64,000 bases of DNA from Lingula anatina (lineage: Eukaryota; Animalia; Brachiopoda). The stretch spans positions 19,862,534 to 19,926,533 of the forward strand of contig CM120644.1 in NCBI GenBank assembly GCA_051362555.1. Reading direction: 5' to 3'. Shown one piece after another: positions 63,112 through 64,000 of this stretch. Numbering within the stretch: the first letter of the stretch is position 1; each line of letters opens with the position of its first letter. The translations under genes were made by a program, and so were the position numbers. The notes below the pieces were generated by a model. It searched no databases. It saw only the letters and a list, made by a program, of their open reading frames with translations, and was not told the DNA's origin.

Positions 63112-63739
63112 ATGCATGTGTCATAAGTATATTAGAAGTCAAAACTATTTTACTGAGATTTCTGTCTTACCTATCTCCTCAATACTTAGGGCCTTAACAA
63201 CTGTTACATTGTTCTTGACTTTGTTATCATCTGAAAGAACAGAATTGATTGAATTTTAAAGACAATATTATGTATGTTCAATCTTTACACAGCAAAAGCA
63301 TTAATTTTTAAGTAGATGAAGTATCTTGTAAAGTCTGTCAAAGGCCAGACTTTGCTTGTGCAACATTTGTACAAGTACAGTACCTGTGTGTGTGTGTGTG
63401 TGTTTGTGCATATGTGTGTACATGTACAATCACATATCATCAGTGTAATAAATAGCTACTTATTCTATTGACCCTGCTGTCTTACCTCTCTCCTTCACGG
63501 CCTCCGTCACAGTTGTTGTGTCTTTAATATCAACTGAAGAAAAAAATGGAACACAAAGTTAACATTCCACACCTGTGCACAGCAAGGATTCAATACATTA
63601 TTTTACATAGTCAAAGACAAATTCAAAGATTTAGAATTAAGTGTTTGTCAGATTCAAGTGCGTTAAATGAATTCATCTTAAATTGCCCTTACTGTACTAC
63701 CTTTTTCTTTGATGTCCTCAGCATACGACACACTCTTTG
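62222..63739 (-). pseudogene. CBM20 micro-exon gene, copy 2 (3' exons)
   Basis: Exons 63701-63739 (cut by an insertion), 63486-63533 (48 nt), 63171-63230 (60 nt), 62859-62912 (54 nt), 62590-62637 (48 nt, contains TGA), terminal 62222-62304 ASKNSQPSRWRRFLNLIMSCFRRRSKT*. Confidence 0.85.
62339..62376 (-). mobile_element. 38-bp extreme 5'-truncated RTE-like LINE/SINE 3' end
   Basis: Minus strand gtggccttatgtcccacataggatgaagaggaatgatg flanked by the 12-bp TSD ACTTACTAATAT; absent at ~25310. Confidence 0.7.
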
Positions 63740-64000
63740 AGCGCATTCTCAACGAATTAAGCCAGGCTTTACAAAGCCGGTGACCTAAAAATGGCGGACG
63801 TACATGAAAGAAAAACCGCCTAATCTTTTAATAGTCTCTCCGCCTCCCCACACGTCGTCCCTGCAGGGTACAGTAATTAAATCGCGTCTCCGTTCGCCTT
63901 GCGGAAGCTACCTGAGAAATATTAAGTGCGCGTGCTCATCAGTTAAACTCGTGGTGAAGAAAGCATGGCGGCTGAAGGCGATCGAAGGAAAAAAGCTATT
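63740..64000. mobile_element. End of an unclassified insertion interrupting a micro-exon
   Basis: Homology to the 54-nt exon stops abruptly at actctttg|agcgcattctc and the sequence becomes CpG-rich; the other end is outside the window. Confidence 0.55.

Overview
AT-rich, intron-containing metazoan (invertebrate, possibly mollusc-like on repeat content; not certain) genomic DNA. The window is one complete unit of a ~50-kb tandem segmental duplication plus the start of the next unit: position 1 corresponds to 49978, 1-13.7 kb aligns with 50.0-60.1 kb, and 24.7-27.2 kb aligns with 61.7-63.7 kb. Features seen in both units are a tRNA-like element, a ~190-nt imperfect hairpin whose sequence diverges sharply between copies, a minisatellite-like C2H2 zinc-finger array on the minus strand, and a minus-strand spliced gene that the ORF track misses. 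In the complete first copy that gene encodes a CBM20 starch/glycogen-binding domain, an array of frame-symmetric 39-60 nt micro-exons and a basic, Cys-containing C-terminal helix. Both visible copies carry disabling lesions. The rest comprises decayed exon sets of LRP2/megalin-like and HEATR3-like genes, an 8-kb higher-order satellite, a 62-bp minisatellite, and many transposons (IS3EU, Kolobok, Harbinger, Helentron/HINE-like, Tc1/mariner-like, RTE LINE, solo LTR). Several insertions are confirmed by empty sites in the paralogous copy. All family assignments come from motif recognition by eye; no searches were run.
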